This document shows positions 59,131 through 64,000 of a stretch of 64,000 nucleotides of DNA, one piece after another. How positions within the stretch are numbered: position 1 is the first letter of the stretch; each line of letters opens with the position of its first letter. A program made the position numbers and the translations under genes. Source of the stretch: an uncultured Candidatus Rokubacteria bacterium (GTDB lineage Bacteria; Methylomirabilota; Methylomirabilia; Rokubacteriales; DASRDR01). The notes beneath the pieces are model-generated. The model ran no database searches. It was not told where the DNA came from and saw only the letters and a list, made by a program, of their open reading frames with translations. The stretch lies in the NCBI GenBank assembly GCA_963826115.1, contig CAWGVS010000002.1, positions 128,001 through 192,000 of the forward strand. Direction: 5' to 3'.

Positions 59131-60018
59131 TCATCGCGGCAGGACCGCCTCGGCGAGCGTCCCGGCGATCGCGGTCAAGGCCCGCGCCGCCGCCGCGTCG
59201 GGGTGCTCGAGCACGAACGGCCGGCCGCGGTCCGCGGCCGCGGCGAGCCGCGGGTCGAACGGCACGCGCCCGAGGAAGGCCACGCCGTGCTGGGCAGCCG
59301 TCGCTTCCCCGCCGGGACCGTCGAAGAGCGGCCCGACGGCGCCGCAGGTCGGACAGGCGTAGCCCGCCATGTTCTCGATCAGCCCGAGCAGACGCGCCCC
59401 CCGCTCGCGCGCGAGGGTCATCGCGCGGCGCACGACGAGGTGCGAGACGGCCGAGGGAATCGTGACGACCACGGCGCCGGTCAGGCCGGGCAGGAGGTCG
59501 AGGAGCGTCGGCAATCGCTCGGCGCCCGGCGGCAGGTCGAGGAGCAGCACGTCGAGGGCGCCCCATGCCGTGTCCGCGAGGAACTCCCGGAGCGCGGTCC
59601 CCTCCATGGTCCCGCGCCAGGTGTGCGCCTCGGCCTGGGTCGGCGCGTCCCAGACCACGGGCGTGTCGTCGCCGGGCAGGAGGAGGTCCATCGACAGGAC
59701 CCGGATCCCGTCGGCCGACACGGCGGGGCGAACGCCGTCGGGCGCGACCTCCAGCGTCTGGCCGCGCACGCCGAGCATCTTGCCCATCGACGGGCCGTTC
59801 AGGTCCGCGTCGAGCACGCCGACGGCGAGCCCGCGCGCGGCGAGGGCGCCCGCGAGGTTCGCGGTCACCGAGCTCTTCCCCACCCCGCCCTTCCCCGAAA
59901 CGACCGCGACGCTCGCGCGGACCGGCGCCATCCGGGCGGCGAGCCGCGTCTGCTGCGCGACCACCTGCTCCACGATGTTCGAGCCGCCGTCGCCCGCAAT
60001 GTCGCGATAGCCCTTCAT
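59131..60018 (-). CDS. Mrp/NBP35 (ApbC-like) ATP-binding Fe-S carrier
   Basis: SGKGGVGKS, DADLNGPS, WRG, DLPPG, VTIP and IENMAGYACPTC; ATGA coupling to the upstream gene. Confidence 0.9.
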   Translation of the reverse strand: MKGYRDIAGDGGSNIVEQVVAQQTRLAARMAPVRASVAVVSGKGGVGKSSVTANLAGALAARGLAVGVLDADLNGPSMGKMLGVRGQTLEVAPDGVRPAVSADGIRVLSMDLLLPGDDTPVVWDAPTQAEAHTWRGTMEGTALREFLADTAWGALDVLLLDLPPGAERLPTLLDLLPGLTGAVVVTIPSAVSHLVVRRAMTLARERGARLLGLIENMAGYACPTCGAVGPLFDGPGGEATAAQHGVAFLGRVPFDPRLAAAADRGRPFVLEHPDAAAARALTAIAGTLAEAVLPR

Positions 60019-61034
60019 GCGCCGCTGCCCTCGTCGCTGGTGTCGAGCGGGGCCGACGCGGGGTCCCGCAGGTGCGCGCGGAAGCGCCGCATGAGGTCCT
60101 GCCCGAGGAAGTCCCCGGGGGCGCCATGCCGCTCGGCCTCGAAATAGTGCCGGATCCGGTCGAGCCGCTCCTGCGCCTCCGGGTTCAGACTGACGGTGCG
60201 GATCTCGGCCTTCGCGGCGTCGAACGCGTCGAAGGTGAGCTCGGTGAAGCCGAGCTCGCGGATGCGCTTGACGGCCTTCATCATCGCCTGGTTCCGGAAC
60301 CGCGTGAGGAGCGGCGAGTCGATCTCCGCCACGCCCATCCGCCGGGCGCGCCGCTCCGCCGCCTTGCGGATGCCCTCGCGCACGAACTCCGGAGCCGTCT
60401 GGAGCCGCGCCCAGGCCTCGGGGCGCCACCGGACCGGCGTGTCGGGCGCCGCCTGCCAGAGCCGGTCGACGACCTCCGCGGTGACCCGCTCGTACCCGGC
60501 GCGCCGGGCCTCGACCTCGACGTCTCGCTGGAAGAGGCGGAGCACGAAGTCCGCCATCATGGCCGGGGCCTTGCCGAGTCGCGCGACGAGCCGGGCCTCC
60601 GCGTCGGGCGTCCAGGGGAGCGGCGCCGCGGCCGCCTCGGTCTCGGCTTCCGCCTCGGCCTCCCGGATCAGATCATGTGTCACCGCGACCGCTCCGCGCT
60701 CGGCGGCCAGCTCCTCGCAGATCCGGCGCGTCATGGGCCGCATGAAGGAGGGCGCCGCCTCGAGCACCGCCAGCGCCTCCGGCGTCCACGGCGGGGCGGA
60801 CTGCGGGACCTGGTAGGCGCCGCTCTCGGCGAGGCCCATCATCTCGCTCTTGTAGCGGGTCATGAGCTCGGGCGTGATCACCTCCACGCCCTCGGCGCGC
60901 GCCCGCCGCTCGGCCAGCCGCCGGACCATGCCCCGGAGGAAGAACGGCGCGCGCGCGACCCGCGCCTCGGCCTCCGGCGTCCAGCGCACCTCGCCGGACG
61001 GGGGCGGGGCCGGCGCGCCGGATGCGCCGCTCAC
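60015..61034 (-). CDS. Protein of four tandem PCP_red-like helical domains
   Basis: WTPEAEARVARAPFFLR, WTPEALAVLEAAPSFMR, WTPDAEARL and WRPEAWARLQTAPEFVR, each followed by A-x3-G-x3-[IV][TD]; GTGA coupling. Confidence 0.82.
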   Translation of the reverse strand: MSGASGAPAPPPSGEVRWTPEAEARVARAPFFLRGMVRRLAERRARAEGVEVITPELMTRYKSEMMGLAESGAYQVPQSAPPWTPEALAVLEAAPSFMRPMTRRICEELAAERGAVAVTHDLIREAEAEAETEAAAAPLPWTPDAEARLVARLGKAPAMMADFVLRLFQRDVEVEARRAGYERVTAEVVDRLWQAAPDTPVRWRPEAWARLQTAPEFVREGIRKAAERRARRMGVAEIDSPLLTRFRNQAMMKAVKRIRELGFTELTFDAFDAAKAEIRTVSLNPEAQERLDRIRHYFEAERHGAPGDFLGQDLMRRFRAHLRDPASAPLDTSDEGSGA

Positions 61035-61456
61035 GCCTCGCGGCTCCACGCCGCCCGCGCGAGGATCACGGCCGTGAAGATCGTGAGGAGGCAGAAGGCC
61101 CACGCGCCCACGCGCATCGGCACGTCGAGCCCGAGGACGGGGATGGTCTCCGCGCGAGGCGCCCGGGCGATCCGCGCCACCTCGATCGCGCGGATGGCGA
61201 CCAGCAGGGTCAGGATGCGGGCGAAGTCCCGGCGGGAGAGGAGCCAGCGATCGAGCCACCCGCGCTCCTTCACAAGGAGCCACGGAATCACGATCACGAA
61301 CAGCGCGCCGACGACGAACCACGCCGCGCCCCCACGCTCCATTCCCCGTGGGCCGAGGCCGCTCTGCGCGAGCGCGAGCCCCCCGAGCCAGTAGACGACG
61401 CCGTAGGCGACGTACGTCCATGCGGCCTGGCGGTAGAGCGCGTCCCGCGGGGCCAT
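61031..61456 (-). CDS. Small 4-TM membrane protein
   Basis: Four hydrophobic segments; embedded in the operon with a 7-bp gap upstream and a 4-bp overlap downstream. Confidence 0.8.
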   Translation of the reverse strand: MAPRDALYRQAAWTYVAYGVVYWLGGLALAQSGLGPRGMERGGAAWFVVGALFVIVIPWLLVKERGWLDRWLLSRRDFARILTLLVAIRAIEVARIARAPRAETIPVLGLDVPMRVGAWAFCLLTIFTAVILARAAWSREA

Positions 61457-61463
61457 CCCGCGC

Positions 61464-62840
61464 TCAGCCGTCCCCGGCCGTGGGCGGGCGGCCGGCCGCG
61501 GGCGTGAACGGCCGCCCCGGCGAGATGCCCCAGCGGCTCCGCACCTCGGCGAGGATCGCCGGGGTCACGGTCGTCTGCCCCTGGCCGCGCGCGTAGGCCT
61601 CGACCGCCTGGACGACCATGGCGCGGGCGAACGCCGGGATCGCGTCGAGCCGCGCCCGGGCCGCCGGCTCCCACGCGAGCGCGAACCGCGCCTCGAGCCC
61701 GAACGTCTGCTCGACCCCGAGCCGGATCAGCTCGCCGCCGTGGGCGCCGGGCTGGTAGCCGCAAGCCGGGTCCTCGGCGAGATAGTCGCCGTAGGTCGCG
61801 TAGGCGCGGCAGCGGCAGCCGCCGCAGAGCTCGCGGAACTCGCAGGCGCCGCAGCGCCCGCCGAGCGGCCGGTGACGGAGCTCCGTGAAGACTTCCGCCC
61901 GTTCCCAGAGCTCGGCGAAGCCGGTCTCGCGCAGGTTGCCGGCGGACACCGGCATGTACGGGCACGGCGTCACGTCGCCCGTCGGCGTGATGCGGCAGTA
62001 GTACTTCCCGGCCGGGCACGAGCCGTGCGCGTAGTTCGCGAGCAGCGGCGAGCTCGGGTCCAGCTCGTAGAGCACCCGCCGGAAGTGGGGCGCGCACTTC
62101 GCGCGGATCAGGAGGCCGCCGGCCCGGCCGACGGGCACGCTCCAGGGGTCCTCGCGCCGCTCGAGCACGGAGTCGGACGCGGAGCTCTCTGGCGCGCGGC
62201 CCGCCCCCTGAGTCCGGGCCAGATAGGTCAGGATCTCCTCGTACTGCGCGGGTGTGATGTCGGTGAGCCCTTCGCCGCGGCCTGTCCGGACGAGGAAGAA
62301 GAAGTTGAGGACCCGCGCCCCGAGCTCCCGCGCGAGGTCGATCATCGCGGGGATCTCGCCGACGTTCCAGTCGGTGACGCTCATGTGGAGCGAGAAGTCG
62401 ATGCGCTCCGCCCGGAGGGCCTCGGTCGCCCGGATGGCGCCCTTCCAGGCGCCGGGCAGATGCCGGAACTCGTCATGACGCGCGGCATCGACCGAGTCGA
62501 GGGAGAGCGACGCCCCCTGGACGCCGTGGGTCTTCATGAGGCGCGCCTGCTTCGCGCGGAGGAGGACGCCGTTGGTCCCGAGGACGACCGTGAAGCCGTG
62601 CTCCCGCCCCTCGGCCGCCAGCTCGAAGATGTCCGGACGCAGCAGCGGCTCGCCGCCGGTGAGGATCAGGAAGGTCCCGGGGTTCACGCGGGCCATGTCC
62701 GCCATCACCCGGCGGCACTCCTCCGTCGAGAGCTCGCCCGCCGCCGAGGCGCTCGGGGCCCCGCTGATGTAGCAGTGGGCGCAGAAGAGGTTGCAGCGCT
62801 GGGTGAGGTTCCAGGAGACCGCGTACGCCTTGTACGTCAC
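61464..62840 (-). CDS. Radical SAM/SPASM enzyme (AhbC/AhbD/NirJ-like) with C-terminal PCP_red-like domain
   Basis: WNLTQRCNLFCAHCY (Cx3Cx2C), TGGEP, KCAPHF, SPASM CPAG...GDVTPC...CGAC-x5-CGGCRCRA...DPAC, then WEPAARARLDAIPAFAR. Confidence 0.9.
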   Translation of the reverse strand: MTYKAYAVSWNLTQRCNLFCAHCYISGAPSASAAGELSTEECRRVMADMARVNPGTFLILTGGEPLLRPDIFELAAEGREHGFTVVLGTNGVLLRAKQARLMKTHGVQGASLSLDSVDAARHDEFRHLPGAWKGAIRATEALRAERIDFSLHMSVTDWNVGEIPAMIDLARELGARVLNFFFLVRTGRGEGLTDITPAQYEEILTYLARTQGAGRAPESSASDSVLERREDPWSVPVGRAGGLLIRAKCAPHFRRVLYELDPSSPLLANYAHGSCPAGKYYCRITPTGDVTPCPYMPVSAGNLRETGFAELWERAEVFTELRHRPLGGRCGACEFRELCGGCRCRAYATYGDYLAEDPACGYQPGAHGGELIRLGVEQTFGLEARFALAWEPAARARLDAIPAFARAMVVQAVEAYARGQGQTTVTPAILAEVRSRWGISPGRPFTPAAGRPPTAGDG

Positions 62841-62926
62841 TGGATGACGGCCGGTTGCGCCTCGACCGGGGCTTTTCCCGCGAGGACGCTCAGCGAGCCG
62901 GCGATGAACGCGCGCCTGGCCAGCAT
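62837..62926 (-). CDS. Putative 29-aa peptide resembling an isolated Tat signal
   Basis: MLARRAFIAGSLSVLAGKAPVEAQPAVIQ; its stop overlaps the radical SAM GTG (GTGA). No clear RBS. Confidence 0.3.
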   Translation of the reverse strand: MLARRAFIAGSLSVLAGKAPVEAQPAVIQ

Positions 62927-63000
62927 CGGAGGGCGCCCGCTCTCGCCAGCCGCCACCGTGGCAACGCCCCGCGCGGCCTCGACCGACGTGACCTCGCCGC

Positions 63001-63999
63001 CTAGCCCTGCGGCTTGTTCTTGATGTAGCCGGCGATGACCTCGTTCATCGTGGTGCGGGCGTGGCCGATCCCCTCCTCGCAGACGTCGAGATCGATGAAT
63101 CCGACCTGCTTCTCCCCCGCCACCTTCTCGATCGCCTCGCGGGTCATGTCGCGCATGAAGCCGGCCGGCACGCGGTTCAGACGGGCGACGGCGTCCTCGG
63201 TCCACGTGAAGGCGCCGTTCGGGTCGGTCACGTCCTTGAGGGTCGCCCCGGCGAACTTCGTGTTGGCAATGAGCGTGTCCCAGCCGTCGCCGAGCTTGTC
63301 GCGCCCGACCGTCTCCTCGATGAGCGGGAAGGCGACCTCCTTCGTGATGACGGGGAGCTTCCGCGTCCGCGCGTACTTCTCGATCCGCGCCTTCGCGCGC
63401 CGGCGGAGGTAGGCGTCGGTGACCTGGCGGAGCCCCTCCCGCGCGTCGTTGGCCCAGCGGACCGTCACGCCGGGCATGACCTCCTCCTCGGCGATCCCGC
63501 CCTCCAGGGTGGCGATCTGCTCCACCGCCTTCCGGTCGACGAGGGTGAACGCCTCCGGGCCGCCCGAGCAGACCGGGCACTTCACGACGGGGTTCGGGCC
63601 CTTCACGACGTACCCGCAGACCGAGCAGATCGCCGTCACGGCGGCGTCCTCGGCCCGGAGCTTCGCGACCGCCAGGTCCTCGGCGAGGATCTGCATCTTC
63701 TCGGCCATGCGGCCGGGCATGAAGATCGCCATCGCCTCGTCGATGACCTTCGAGGTGATGACGGTGTGCCCCTGCTCGATCGCGTAGCGGAGGAGCGCCG
63801 TGCGCGCCACCCCGGCCACCTGCTCGGGCACGCGCTTCATCCGGTCCCGGGCCTCGTCCGTCCAGGCGATGATCTCCTCGGCCTTGACGTCGAGCGGCGG
63901 GTAGAACTTGCCGCCCACCAGCAGCACGTTGCACGGGGCCAGGCGGAGCAGGTTCTCCGTGTTCGAGCCGAGGTCCGCCTCCCGCTCGTCCGAGTGGAC
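63001..63999 (-). CDS. Universal stress protein domain + rubredoxin-like knuckle + three PCP_red-like domains; 5' end outside the window
   Basis: The frame is open to the window edge. LGSNTENLLRLAPCNVLLV (USP C-terminus), WTDEARDRMKRVP, CSVCGY-x10-CPVC, WANDAREGL and WTEDAVARLNRVPAGFMR. Confidence 0.85.
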   Translation of the reverse strand, partial: VHSDEREADLGSNTENLLRLAPCNVLLVGGKFYPPLDVKAEEIIAWTDEARDRMKRVPEQVAGVARTALLRYAIEQGHTVITSKVIDEAMAIFMPGRMAEKMQILAEDLAVAKLRAEDAAVTAICSVCGYVVKGPNPVVKCPVCSGGPEAFTLVDRKAVEQIATLEGGIAEEEVMPGVTVRWANDAREGLRQVTDAYLRRRAKARIEKYARTRKLPVITKEVAFPLIEETVGRDKLGDGWDTLIANTKFAGATLKDVTDPNGAFTWTEDAVARLNRVPAGFMRDMTREAIEKVAGEKQVGFIDLDVCEEGIGHARTTMNEVIAGYIKNKPQG

Positions 64000-64000
64000 G

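Noticed and set aside
60015-63999. PCP_red-like domains as evidence of (bacterio)chlorophyll synthesis
   Set aside because: Only the small accessory domain is present; no BchL/N/B catalytic subunits or other photosynthesis genes appear in the window.

Overview
A very GC-rich, gene-dense bacterial chromosomal segment with about 60 CDSs. No rRNA, tRNA, CRISPR array or transposase was recognised. The gene style resembles Candidatus Rokubacteria/Methylomirabilota, but that is inference only. Most long ORFs in the six-frame track are GC shadow frames. Main observations: (1) At the right end, a minus-strand operon carries one helical module (PCP_red-like, W-x2-[ED]A...P-x-F-x-R) eight times across three neighbouring proteins: a USP+rubredoxin fusion, an AhbD/NirJ-like radical SAM/SPASM enzyme and a four-repeat protein. 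It also encodes an Mrp/NBP35 ATPase and a membrane protein, and is the best candidate for an undescribed system. (2) Two selenoprotein genes are split by the ORF caller at in-frame TGA codons: a UGSC-family protein with its partner gene and a TlpA-like UxxC thioredoxin. Each has a SECIS-like hairpin just after the TGA. (3) A ~15.7 kb minus-strand sugar/redox cluster has two near-identical ECF-type promoters, a sigma-54 promoter, an ECF/anti-sigma pair and a degenerate ECF paralog. (4) A 5-aminolevulinate synthase and an ATP-grasp-like ligase lie head-to-head across 21 bp containing overlapping -10 boxes. (5) Also present are a Cas4-like nuclease/2OG oxygenase/glycosyltransferase operon, an RNase-barstar pair beside a HerA-like ATPase, and a GMC oxidoreductase broken at two G6 runs. 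All family calls come from motif recognition by eye; no database searches were run.
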